This document shows, in pieces, positions 1 to 9,347 of a stretch of 64,000 bases of DNA. A program made the position numbers and the translations under genes. Position 1 is the stretch's first letter. Each line of letters opens with the position of its first letter. Location: the NCBI GenBank assembly GCA_965279165.1, contig OZ257140.1, positions 24,262 to 88,261 on the forward strand, read 5' to 3'. The stretch is from Bacteroidia bacterium. Its GTDB lineage: Bacteria; Bacteroidota; Bacteroidia; UKL13-3. The notes beneath the pieces were generated by a model. The model searched no databases and was not told the origin of the DNA. It was given only the letters and a program-made list of their open reading frames with translations.

Positions 1-884
1 AAAGGCGCACATCCTGTTTGCAGATCGGATGTAAAAAGTGCTTTAGGATCGTGCACCTTTATTCGGTTTGGTTTGGTTAAACTACGTTTACAACCTGCAG
101 CATTAGTGACCGTTAAGGATACCGAATACAATCCTTTTTTATCAAAAACCTTTAACGGACTCTTTTGTGTTGAGGTGGTACCATCACCGAATTGCCATAA
201 ATATTGGTAAACTCCGGCCGGTGTAGTTCCATCATAAAAATTCACAGCTATAGGAGCCCTGCAGGTAACCGAGTCGCTTGCGGTAAAGTTTACCTTCTGT
301 GCAGGTGTTATTTGAATAAGGTTGTTTCGTATGATGGTATTCATACATCCATTGATATCTGTAATTACCAGTGAAACCGAAAAGGTATCAGAAAATGTAT
401 AAATATTACATGGGTTGTTTACAACAGAACTATTGCCATCGCCAAAATCCCACGACCATTTGTTAATCATTCCGGTTCCTTTAATAGATAAATCAGTGAA
501 GCAAATTGTATCGCCTTCACATCCACCGGAAAAGTTATTGGTGAAATTAGCAATAGGATTCGCAAATACAGTAAAGGTTTTTACAACCGAATGCGATCCT
601 GTATTATCAGTTGCAGTAAGTTTTACCTGATAAGTACCTGCAGTGATAAAAGATGCTGCAGGATTGGTGAGCGTAGAAGTATTGCCATTTCCAAATTCCC
701 AATAATAAGTAGGAGAGTTACCTGTTGATGTATTGCTGAAGGTAACCAGTAATGGACTGCATCCTGAAAATTTATTGGCAGTAAAATCTGCATTGGGTAG
801 TGCATATAGTTCTATTGTTGACAACACAGCGGCTATCAATATCGAAAAGGAAAGGATTCGGTATAACAAATATATCCGATGCAC
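1..884 (-). CDS. PKD-repeat secreted protein, N-terminal part (gene runs off the window start)
   Basis: Absent from the ORF track because there is no stop inside the window. I checked every minus-strand codon in the frame of GTG 884 (TTG 890 is an alternative start) down to base 3 and found no stop. N-terminus VHRIYLLYRILSFSILIAAVLS looks like a signal peptide. Three in-frame PKD signatures: YYWEFGNGN (W codon at 701), WSWDFGDGN (452), WQFGDG (197). Confidence 0.7.
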   Translation of the reverse strand, partial: MHRIYLLYRILSFSILIAAVLSTIELYALPNADFTANKFSGCSPLLVTFSNTSTGNSPTYYWEFGNGNTSTLTNPAASFITAGTYQVKLTATDNTGSHSVVKTFTVFANPIANFTNNFSGGCEGDTICFTDLSIKGTGMINKWSWDFGDGNSSVVNNPCNIYTFSDTFSVSLVITDINGCMNTIIRNNLIQITPAQKVNFTASDSVTCRAPIAVNFYDGTTPAGVYQYLWQFGDGTTSTQKSPLKVFDKKGLYSVSLTVTNAAGCKRSLTKPNRIKVHDPKALFTSDLQTGCAP

Positions 885-969
885 CCTCAAATATACTTAA
901 TTGCCTGAAATAAAATTATTTAAATAAGTAATTATAGGGAATTAAGTAAATTTTAATATGCTTAATATT

Positions 970-2898
970 CTATTTGATAATTGCTGTACCAAATAATTTT
1001 GTTAGCTCTTTACGCATTTCTTTTAATTGCATATCTGCTTGCTGTAACCCATAAATTTCTTCATCTGTTGTAGCTTTTCTAAAATCCTCTTGGTTATGAG
1101 CAATCATCTTTTCTATATGCTTCAGTTTAAGTCTTGCTATTGCTGAACGAATGTCAAGTTTATAATGTTCTTCTGCTGTTTCAATGATGATATCAAATTT
1201 CCTTTCCCAAACCGGGCTCAACTCATGTTTTTCAGTTAGTATTTCGGTAATAACAGCTGCAAGTCGATTGTCTGGCTGTTGCAGCAGTTTCATCGGGTCA
1301 AATTTATTTTCAACCAATTGTGTATGCAATAACTCCAAAAGTTCGTGAATCACCGGATTTTCAATTTCTATTTCTTCGGCGGCTATTTCTTGAAATATGA
1401 ATTGTGCAGCATTTTCAAAACCTTCATACGGATGGTCGCCAAATTTGATTAATACCCTTAATAAATCCTTTTCTTGGCTATCCTGGCTATTAATTTCTAC
1501 CAGTTCTTTTATTTCATCAATATAATTTAATCCCTGATCTTCTGGAGCTTCAATTTGGGTTCTGGCTTCGCTTGCGTGCCGGTTCCGAAGCATTTTGTTA
1601 GCTTCATTTACCAGCAATTGTTCATCTGTTTTAAGCAGACTGCTACACTCTTTTATAAAATTAGAACGTTTAAATGCATCCGGAATTTTTACGATGCTTT
1701 CAACTATTCCTCTAATCAATTCTGCTTTTTTAACAGGATCGTTTCCCGCCTCCTTGCTTAATAATCCCGTTTTAAATAAAATAAAATCCTGTTTGTTTTC
1801 TTGTAAAAATGCCTCAAAAGCCACAGGACCTTGCTTCTTGCAATAGCTATCCGGATCTTCTCCGTCGGGAAACAAAACTACTTTTACATTCAATCCTCCT
1901 TCCAGCAACATATCTATTCCCCGAATGGATGCTTTGATTCCGGCCGAATCTCCATCATACAAAACACAAACATTATCCGTGAATCGTTTGATTTGTTTAA
2001 TTTGATTTTCTGTTAAGGATGTACCGGAAGAAGAAACTACATTCTCAATGCCGGCCTGACTTAAACTAATAACATCGGTATAACCTTCAACCAGATAAAC
2101 CGAATCGTTTTTTAAAATGGATGTCCTGGCAAAATATAAACCGTATAATTCGTTGCTTTTATGGTATAATTCGGTTTCAGGTGAATTAACATATTTGGGA
2201 CTTTTTTCATCTTTCGCCTTTAAAATTCTACCGGCGAATGCAATCGGCTTGCCATTGATACCGTGGATGGTAAAAATAACCCGATTGCGATAAGCATCAT
2301 ACAATTTGCCTTGTTCACTTCTTTTTACCAATCCGGAAGCAACCAGTAAATCCGGGTTGAAACCTTGCGCAGTGGCCGTTTCTGTAAAATGATCCCAGTT
2401 TTCCTTGGCGTATCCGAGTTTGAATTTTTTAATGATCTCGGGACGAAAACCACGTTCTTCAAAATAGGAGAGACCTATGGTTTTTCCTTCTTCATCTTCT
2501 TGAAGAATCTCAGCAAAATAATTCTCAGCAAAATTGTTGATGATTTGAAGGCTTTCTTTTTCACTGCGCTTTCTTTTCTCTTCTTCTGCTTCTTCTTCTG
2601 TTACTTGTATTTCCGGCCATTCGATTCCGAATTTTTCAGCAAGGTGTTTGAGCGCTTGAATATAATTAAGATGCTCATACTCCATGATGAAATTAACCGA
2701 ATTTCCACCTTTTCCGCAACCAAAACATTTGAAAATACCCCTGCTAACCGAGACATTAAAAGATGGTGTTTTCTCGTTGTGAAAAGGACATAATCCCAGC
2801 AAACTGGATCCTCTTTTTTTAAGTGAAACATATTCTCCAACCACATCCTCTATGCGCGCTGCATCTACAATCTCTTCTATTTTGCTTTGGGGAATCAT
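970..2898 (-). CDS. dnaG: DNA primase
   Basis: 642 aa. CHC2 zinc finger CPFHNEKTPSFNVS..CFGCGKGG, TOPRIM region VEGYTDVISL..YDGDSAGIKA, C-terminal helical domain. Confidence 0.95.
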   Translation of the reverse strand: MIPQSKIEEIVDAARIEDVVGEYVSLKKRGSSLLGLCPFHNEKTPSFNVSVSRGIFKCFGCGKGGNSVNFIMEYEHLNYIQALKHLAEKFGIEWPEIQVTEEEAEEEKRKRSEKESLQIINNFAENYFAEILQEDEEGKTIGLSYFEERGFRPEIIKKFKLGYAKENWDHFTETATAQGFNPDLLVASGLVKRSEQGKLYDAYRNRVIFTIHGINGKPIAFAGRILKAKDEKSPKYVNSPETELYHKSNELYGLYFARTSILKNDSVYLVEGYTDVISLSQAGIENVVSSSGTSLTENQIKQIKRFTDNVCVLYDGDSAGIKASIRGIDMLLEGGLNVKVVLFPDGEDPDSYCKKQGPVAFEAFLQENKQDFILFKTGLLSKEAGNDPVKKAELIRGIVESIVKIPDAFKRSNFIKECSSLLKTDEQLLVNEANKMLRNRHASEARTQIEAPEDQGLNYIDEIKELVEINSQDSQEKDLLRVLIKFGDHPYEGFENAAQFIFQEIAAEEIEIENPVIHELLELLHTQLVENKFDPMKLLQQPDNRLAAVITEILTEKHELSPVWERKFDIIIETAEEHYKLDIRSAIARLKLKHIEKMIAHNQEDFRKATTDEEIYGLQQADMQLKEMRKELTKLFGTAIIK

Positions 2899-3104
2899 GT
2901 ATTTACCTACAGGGTGAAATTAATTTTTTTTTGAATCTGTACAAAGATAATCTGCATTGGACTCCCTTTATAGCAAATTGACTTTTATTGTTTATACAAT
3001 ATTAATGCTCTCTTAATTTGATTCAAACGATTGAATTAAAATTTTGTTAATGAGATACTTATCTTAATTACCATGCTAACTTTGGGTTATTAATACCAAC
3101 GAAT

Positions 3105-4082
3105 ATGAAAAGCAAGATTTCATTTTTGACTTTATTTTTAGTCCTTGTTTTATTTTTGAAAGCCCAAAACAATTTTGTTCCATTAACCGGGTTGGTAGGT
3201 TATTTTAAACTGGATGGAAACGCAAACGATTCATCCGGATTTAACAACCATGGAACGGTGAATGCCTCACCGGCAGTTTCCAATCGATTTGGGCAAGCAA
3301 GCAGTGCATCATACTTTAACGGCAGTTCCAGTTATATGTTAATTCCAACCAGTGCTTCTTTACAGCCCAATACAGCAGTAAGTATATCAGCCTGGATAAA
3401 ACCCGAACAAACAACCTTGCCTGCAACAGTGGTTTCAAAAAGATTCTCAGTCGCATCCAATCCGCTCAATTCTTATGCAATCACCACTTCACCCGATACT
3501 CCCATTTCTAATAAATGGAGCTTTGCCCTTTCTAAAGGATTAACAGGAACCGAAAAATTATTAACTGCAAAAAACTTTCAACCGTTTGGCGTATGGATGT
3601 TTATAGCAACCACCTATGATGGTTCACTAATGAAAATTTATATCAATGGTGTTTTAGATACCGGCATGGCATTTACCGGAAATCTTGGTTATAGTGCCAT
3701 GGGACTTGGTATAGGTTATTCGGGCAACGGGGTTAATGATTATTTTAAAGGAGCCATCGACGAAGTTACTATCCACAACCGGGCTTTAACTGAATCTGAA
3801 GTGAATGCAATGTACCATGGAACAGTAGGGATAAGTGATATCGAAACTATACGCCATACCAACCATATTTATCCAAATCCGGTTAACGATGTCCTTGTTT
3901 TGGATTTTGATGCAACACAAACCCGTAACATTTCCATAACCGATATTGCAGGTAAACAAGTGATAGAGCAACCGGTTGCAAAACAAATTTCAACAACCAA
4001 TCTCCATCCCGGCATCTATTTTATTCATTTCATCAGCTCCGACCAAACCAAACAACAAACCTTTCGATTTGTAAAAGAATGA
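3105..4082 (+). CDS. LamG-like (Laminin_G_3) lectin-fold protein with T9SS C-terminal sorting domain
   Basis: 325 aa with signal peptide. LamG-type blocks SAWIKP, YDGSLMKIYINGVL, FKGAIDEVTIHNRALTESEV. C-terminal domain IYPNPVNDVLVL...GIYFIHF. Confidence 0.75.
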   Translation: MKSKISFLTLFLVLVLFLKAQNNFVPLTGLVGYFKLDGNANDSSGFNNHGTVNASPAVSNRFGQASSASYFNGSSSYMLIPTSASLQPNTAVSISAWIKPEQTTLPATVVSKRFSVASNPLNSYAITTSPDTPISNKWSFALSKGLTGTEKLLTAKNFQPFGVWMFIATTYDGSLMKIYINGVLDTGMAFTGNLGYSAMGLGIGYSGNGVNDYFKGAIDEVTIHNRALTESEVNAMYHGTVGISDIETIRHTNHIYPNPVNDVLVLDFDATQTRNISITDIAGKQVIEQPVAKQISTTNLHPGIYFIHFISSDQTKQQTFRFVKE

Positions 4083-4300
4083 TTTATTTATTAAGTAGTA
4101 TGTGTTTTGGTGCTTAGTGTTTTAGTTCGTGATTCTTTAGGCATTTCGGTTGTTTAAAGATGTGTTGAGGTGTTGAAGTGTTGAAATTGGTGCAAATAAA
4201 TTACATAGTTTCAAATGAAATACCGCCTCAAACCCCTAACCCCTAATCCCTAGTCCCTAACTACTACCCCCTTTCCCTTGCAACCCTATCCCCAAAAAAG
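4083..4300. repeat. Strand-asymmetric word-repeat intergenic tract
   Basis: Reiterated 7-12-nt words (gtgttttggtgcttagtgttttag; gtgttgaggtgttgaagtgttgaa; cccctaacccctaatccctagtccctaac). The reverse complement shares word content and order with 50967-51174. Confidence 0.8.
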
Positions 4301-4345
4301 GGGACTACCATTTAACTTTCCACCAATAAAGGTATTTTTGAATTT

Positions 4346-6268
4346 ATGAATCGTAAATTATTCCTTCTCTCATGCTTATTTATTTATCTGGGTAATGTTT
4401 CTGTAAAGGCACAATCCGTTTGTGCAATGGTAAAATCCTCGGGTTTAACCGGTACAGATGCAACACAAGCCGACATAGCCAAAATGCACCAATATGATGT
4501 ACATTATTACAAACTGGATTTGCATATTGAAAACAATACCCGATTTATTCATGGAAATGCGATTGCTATGGCCACGGTTGTCGGTGATTTAAATACGATG
4601 GTTCTGCAATTACATCCTTCCTTAATTGTCGATTCTGTTTTTATCAACGATAGTTTAACATCCTTTAGTCGCGTTACGGATGCTTTAAGTATTGAATCAG
4701 CAAAGTTACTCACTGCAAATTCATTGGTCAAAACACAGGTTTATTATCATGGAACACCGCCTACTACCAGTAATGGTGCCATAGGCCTTGGCTTTTCAAA
4801 TAATGCTGCAAATAACGTCACATGGTCTTTAAGCGAACCATATGCCGCACTCGAATGGTGGCCATGTAAACAAATATTAACGGATAAAGCCGATTCATCC
4901 GAAGTATGGATAACAACCGACTCTGTGAATAAAGCAGGATCAAATGGTTTGCTGAAAAGTGTCACGCCAATGGGAGGCTCAAAAGTGAGATACGAATGGA
5001 AATCGACTTATCCAATTGCCTATTATTTAATTTCGGTTGCTGTGGCACCTTATGAAGAATATAATCTGTATGCCCATCCGGCAGGTGCCGATTCTATTTT
5101 GATTCAAAACTATATTTATAAAAATGCCGCATCGGATGTAAAAATGTCCATTGATTATACTCCGGCGATTTTGGAAGTGATGTCGGATAAATTTGGGATG
5201 TATCCATTTGCCGCCGAAAAGTATGGACATTGTCAGGCTGAAATAGGAGGCGCCATGGAGCATTCTACCATGACCACTATTGGGTATTTTGATTTCGATA
5301 TTATTGCACACGAATTGGGACACCAATGGTTTGGAGATTATGTTACTTGTGGCAGCTGGACCGATATCTGGCTTAACGAAGGATTCGCCAGTTATAGTGA
5401 ATATGTGGCTATAGAAGGAATAAGACCCGAATTCAAAAGAAATTGGCTACTCAATTCCATGAACACAGCAAAGAATGCCGAAGGTACTGTTTATGTAACC
5501 GATTCTTTGAATGTACCTGTTGTATTTGACCCTTATTCAACCTATGCCAAGGGAAGTGTTTTATTGCACATGTTACGATACGAATGCAACAACGATTCTT
5601 TATTCTTTAAAGGAATCAGAGATTATTTGCAAGATCACGAACACAGCAACGCTTTTGCATTAGATTTTAAAAACAGAATGGCTGCAACCATGGGTAAAAA
5701 TCTGGATTATTTTTTCGACCAATGGTATTACAATCCGGGTTTTCCAATAATAAATGGAAAATGGAACCAAAGCGGCAACCGAATGTGGTTACTATTAAAG
5801 CAATCGCCAACTGTTGGAAATACCATTTTCAAAACATCCATCGACATCACATTCCAACATTCAACAGGAGATACAACCATCCGTATTTGGTTTGACCAAC
5901 AAAGCCAAGAGTTTCCTTTCGACATGGGAGCCTATAAAATAGAGTCGATAAAGATTGACCAACAAAATAATCTACTTAAAGAAGTAATCAGTATCGCAAA
6001 GGATGTAACCTTGGGAATATCGGAAGGGGAATTTGCTGCCATATCTAATATCTTACTTTATCCAAACCCTTCCAATGATAGAATAAATATTCGTAATGGT
6101 AAAGGGGGTAAAATGGAAGTTTTTGATATGTCGGGCAAACTAAAAGAAGAACAAGTTTTAACCGGAGATGATACAGGTTTATCGGTTAAAGATTGGGATA
6201 ATGGTATCTATTTAGTGAGGTTCAGTAAAAACGAAAAAGTTTCCCATCTCAAATTTGTAAAAAATTAA
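4346..6268 (+). CDS. M1-family zinc metallopeptidase (aminopeptidase N-like) with T9SS C-terminal domain
   Basis: 640 aa with signal peptide. GAMEH (GxMEN-like), HELGHQWFGD and WLNEGFASY (HExxH-x18-E). C-terminal domain LYPNPSNDRINI...GIYLVRF. Confidence 0.85.
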   Translation: MNRKLFLLSCLFIYLGNVSVKAQSVCAMVKSSGLTGTDATQADIAKMHQYDVHYYKLDLHIENNTRFIHGNAIAMATVVGDLNTMVLQLHPSLIVDSVFINDSLTSFSRVTDALSIESAKLLTANSLVKTQVYYHGTPPTTSNGAIGLGFSNNAANNVTWSLSEPYAALEWWPCKQILTDKADSSEVWITTDSVNKAGSNGLLKSVTPMGGSKVRYEWKSTYPIAYYLISVAVAPYEEYNLYAHPAGADSILIQNYIYKNAASDVKMSIDYTPAILEVMSDKFGMYPFAAEKYGHCQAEIGGAMEHSTMTTIGYFDFDIIAHELGHQWFGDYVTCGSWTDIWLNEGFASYSEYVAIEGIRPEFKRNWLLNSMNTAKNAEGTVYVTDSLNVPVVFDPYSTYAKGSVLLHMLRYECNNDSLFFKGIRDYLQDHEHSNAFALDFKNRMAATMGKNLDYFFDQWYYNPGFPIINGKWNQSGNRMWLLLKQSPTVGNTIFKTSIDITFQHSTGDTTIRIWFDQQSQEFPFDMGAYKIESIKIDQQNNLLKEVISIAKDVTLGISEGEFAAISNILLYPNPSNDRINIRNGKGGKMEVFDMSGKLKEEQVLTGDDTGLSVKDWDNGIYLVRFSKNEKVSHLKFVKN

Positions 6269-6271
6269 ATC

Positions 6272-7840
6272 ATGCAGTATTACCAAAAATATTTAAGCAA
6301 AATGTACCGTTCAATATTCTTATTATACATGCTAATTGGCACTGCTGATTTTGCGAAAGCACAACTTCCCGGCACACTCGATTTATCTTTCGAAGGAAAA
6401 GGATTTGTCCATTTTCCGATGCAATGGAAACCGGATGATTATTTCTACCTCGACAATTATACCATGCAACGGGATGGGAAATTACTCGCTATAAACACAA
6501 ACTATACCTATATCGATTCGATAGATGCATATAACGCAACGCTCTTGCTTTATCGATTTTTACCCAATGGAACACCGGATCCAACCTTTGGAACAAATGG
6601 TGCATCAAAATTACCTTATCCGGTAAGCAAAATATTATTACCTGAAGATGGTTCCATTTTATTGGTAGGATCTGTAGATGATGTATTTGTTGCAAAATTA
6701 AATCCAAATGGAATTATTGATTCCACCTACGGAACAAATGGAATAGTAAGGACAGGATTATTTTCAAATAGTTACGCTGCAGCGCTTGGACTTGGCAACA
6801 AAATAGTGGTTAGCGGTTCTGTTTTAGCGAGTACCAAAATAATGGTTGCTTGTTTGATGGCAGATGGTAGTCGCGATTTTAGTTTTGGCGAAGATGGTTA
6901 TGTATTGGTTGATTTAGATTCAATCTATTCCGAATGGCCATCCACCATCATGTTTCAGCCGGATGGAAAAATTTTGTTAAGTGGATATATTTACAAAAAT
7001 GGTTACGTAACGGCCTTATCGCGTTTATTGCCAAATGGATCATCAGATCCGACCTTTAGTTCGGATGGAAAAATGGCTATAGGATATGTTGGTTTTATGA
7101 TGGCCAATATGGTTTTACAAGGCGATAACAAAATTGTATTAACCGGTTATTATAATTATAACAACGGAGCAAGAGCCAGCGGATTGGTTTGCAGGGTAAA
7201 AGAAAACGGTAACCAGGATAGTACTTTTGGAGTAAATGGTGTCCGAACATTAAATTTTAACGGACAACAAGATATGTTGCATGATTTGGTAATGCAGCCC
7301 GATGGAAGAATTTTAACCTGTGGTACATCCGATGGTAAATTTGCGGTTGCACGATTAACAACCGCCGGAATTTTAGATCCTTCATTTAATACCACCGGAA
7401 AAACAACCACTAATTTATCAATACCGCCCATAGTATACGCCAGCGGAGCAAATCATATTTCCCTATTGCCGGATGGTAAAATATTGTTGGCCGGATTTTC
7501 ACAACAAAACGATTCGATGGGAGCTTTTAGCATGGCACATTACCATACCGGAATAAATGTTGGTTTAGAAGAAACAGAAACAGAAATTTTTGCATCGGTT
7601 TACCCTAATCCGATACAGAATGAAATAAACCTCGGTATTCATTTATTGGAACCGGGTAATGTCTCTGTTACTTTAATGGATATAACAGGAAAAGAAATTG
7701 CGTCATATAGCTTGAAAAACCGCATAGCCGGTCATCACAATGAGGTGCTTGGATTGCCGGTAAATATGTTACCCGGCATGTATTTTTTAACAGTGACAAA
7801 TAACAAAACTAGCAGGACAATAAAGTTGTTAAAAGAGTAG
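6272..7840 (+). CDS. delta-60-repeat-like beta-propeller protein with T9SS C-terminal domain
   Basis: 522 aa. Motif (P/L/I)D(P/S)(T/S)(F/Y)G(T/V/E)(N/D)G recurs about every 50-60 aa (PDPTFGTNG, IDSTYGTNG, RDFSFGEDG, SDPTFSSDG, QDSTFGVNG, LDPSFNTTG). C-terminal domain VYPNPIQNEINL...GMYFLTV. The start may be ATG 6302. Confidence 0.65.
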   Translation: MQYYQKYLSKMYRSIFLLYMLIGTADFAKAQLPGTLDLSFEGKGFVHFPMQWKPDDYFYLDNYTMQRDGKLLAINTNYTYIDSIDAYNATLLLYRFLPNGTPDPTFGTNGASKLPYPVSKILLPEDGSILLVGSVDDVFVAKLNPNGIIDSTYGTNGIVRTGLFSNSYAAALGLGNKIVVSGSVLASTKIMVACLMADGSRDFSFGEDGYVLVDLDSIYSEWPSTIMFQPDGKILLSGYIYKNGYVTALSRLLPNGSSDPTFSSDGKMAIGYVGFMMANMVLQGDNKIVLTGYYNYNNGARASGLVCRVKENGNQDSTFGVNGVRTLNFNGQQDMLHDLVMQPDGRILTCGTSDGKFAVARLTTAGILDPSFNTTGKTTTNLSIPPIVYASGANHISLLPDGKILLAGFSQQNDSMGAFSMAHYHTGINVGLEETETEIFASVYPNPIQNEINLGIHLLEPGNVSVTLMDITGKEIASYSLKNRIAGHHNEVLGLPVNMLPGMYFLTVTNNKTSRTIKLLKE

Positions 7841-7943
7841 GGGATTTTAAACTTTTTTAATTGGTAACATGGCATTTATTATTGTGAATAAAATGGCCAT
7901 AGTGCGCAGGTTAACTTTCCCTGTTAACACCTTTTCCAAAAAA

Positions 7944-8279
7944 CTAAATGTCTAAAACGATTCTGAGGTTTTCTTTTAAGTTTACTTGTTGGTCTTTTGT
8001 TAACTTACCGAGTCGGTTAATTAGTCTTTTGTTGTCAATTGCGCGAATTTGATCAACCAAGATATCACTTAACTTGTCGAGTTGATTTTTTCTTAAATGA
8101 ACTCTTAAGATGTCAATATCCGTTTGCACATTTGTCGTAATTGGACAAACAATCGTCGAAGGATGTATGTCATTTAATAAGTCTGTTTGTACGATAACAA
8201 CAGGACGAGTCTTGCCGGGTTCGGTTCCCCGACTTGGATTAAGGTCTGCAAGCCAAATGTCGAATTGATTAATTTTCAT
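7944..8279 (-). CDS. MazF/PemK-family type II toxin (endoribonuclease)
   Basis: Signature FDIWLADLNPSRGTEPGKTRPVVIVQ. Start placed at ATG 8279 (MKINQF), which overlaps the antitoxin stop by 11 nt. The track's upstream ATG 8300 is also possible. Confidence 0.8.
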   Translation of the reverse strand: MKINQFDIWLADLNPSRGTEPGKTRPVVIVQTDLLNDIHPSTIVCPITTNVQTDIDILRVHLRKNQLDKLSDILVDQIRAIDNKRLINRLGKLTKDQQVNLKENLRIVLDI

Positions 8280-8499
8280 CCAGTATCTTTTCAAATTCAT
8301 GAAGAATATTCATAGAATCTTTACTAATCAATAGTGATTCTTTCGTCAGTTGTTTTTTTAGCAGACGTCTTTTATTAACTCGATTGTAAATACTAACAGC
8401 TTCATTAATATAACGATTTCGAGTTAAATGTAGCTTACTTGTAATTTCTTCAGTTTCATTAAATATTTCGTCATCTAATTTTAAAGATAAATTTTTCAT
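8269..8499 (-). CDS. Ribbon-helix-helix-type antitoxin
   Basis: 76 aa directly upstream of and overlapping the MazF-like gene. N-terminus MKNLSLKLDDEIF...RNRYINEAV fits an RHH/CopG-like beta-strand plus helix. Confidence 0.65.
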   Translation of the reverse strand: MKNLSLKLDDEIFNETEEITSKLHLTRNRYINEAVSIYNRVNKRRLLKKQLTKESLLISKDSMNILHEFEKILDEN

Positions 8500-8575
8500 A
8501 CTTCAAAGGTATATATTTTTAGTATATACTCAATTCATTTTTTATAATTCGTTTCTAAAAGTGTTCAGCAATCAG

Positions 8576-8691
8576 CGGTCAGTAAAAAGTAAATGTTAAT
8601 TGGTAATAATGAGGCTGAGATCCTTTGCGTTCTCTGCGAAAAATCTTCGTGTGCTTTGCGGTTAAAAATCTGTTTAATCTGTGGCTATAAA
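8576..8691. repeat. Flanking unit (type X) of the 105-bp repeat array
   Basis: Starts gcaatcagcggtcagt and ends aatctgtggctataaa, like the 105-bp units. The core differs: cctttgcgttctctgcgaaaaatcttcgtgtgctttgcggttaaaaatctg. A sister copy lies at 9112-9215. Confidence 0.8.
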
Positions 8692-9111
8692 GCGGTCAGT
8701 ATTCAGGGGATAGTGGTTAGTGAAACCGCTCACATTTTGGCTTCATGCCAAACGAGAGAATTCTTCTGTGTAATCTGTGAAATCTGTGGCTAAAAAGCGG
8801 TCAGCATTCAGGGGATAGTGGTTAGTGAAACCGCTCACATTTTGGCTTCATGCCAAACGAGAGAATTTTTCTGTGTAATCTGTGAAATCTGTGGCCAAAA
8901 GGCGGTCAGCATTCAGGGGATAGTGGTTAGTGAAACCGCTCACATTTTGGCTTCATGCCAAACGAGAGAATTCTTCTGTGTAATCTGTGAAATCTGTGGC
9001 TAAAAAGCGGTCAGTATTCAGGGGATAGTGGTTTGTGAAACCGCTCACATTTTAGCTTCATGCCAAACGAGAGAATTCTTCTGTGTAATCGGTGAAATCT
9101 GTGGCTAAAAA
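8692..9111. repeat. Tandem repeat, 4 x 105 bp
   Basis: Copies start at 8692, 8797, 8902 and 9007 (period exactly 105 bp) and differ by only a few substitutions. Each contains the hairpin tttggc-ttcat-gccaaa and a gcggt...accgc pairing. Three of the four copies end in an in-frame taa. Confidence 0.95.
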
Positions 9112-9215
9112 GCAATCAGCAGTCAGTCAATGGTCATACGGTGTCTGCAATCCTTAGCGCCCTTTGCGTAAAATCTTCGCGTCCTTTGCGGTTAAAAATC
9201 TGTGGCTAAAAAAAG
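9112..9215. repeat. Flanking unit (type X) of the 105-bp repeat array
   Basis: gcaatcagcagtcagt ... ccttagcgccctttgcgtaaaatcttcgcgtcctttgcggttaaaaatctgtggctaaaaa. Direct repeat of 8576-8691. Confidence 0.8.
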
Positions 9216-9347
9216 GACCTAGTTGTATCCGTTAATGACATTTCGGAAGTAAATAATGTAAGTATTACCGCTATTATGTAACAAATTCGGTTTCAGCTAA
9301 TATTAATCTTGTTTGGTTTCTAATCCAATAAACCCAAACTGAATAAT

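Noticed and set aside
8593-9003. Track ORFs 8593-8793 and 8818-9003 (66 and 61 aa) as repeat-encoded proteins
   Set aside because: They are the same 105-bp DNA repeat read in one frame. Three of the four units end in an in-frame stop, one ORF exists only because of a single taa-to-caa substitution, the peptide is Cys-rich low-complexity sequence with no signal or motif, and the starts are arbitrary.
8692-9111. Type III (ToxI-like) antitoxin RNA repeats for the adjacent MazF-like toxin
   Set aside because: The toxin already has an overlapping protein antitoxin. The array lies beyond the likely promoter, and its 105-bp unit is much longer than known ToxI-type repeats. It is kept only as a low-probability idea inside the corresponding finding.
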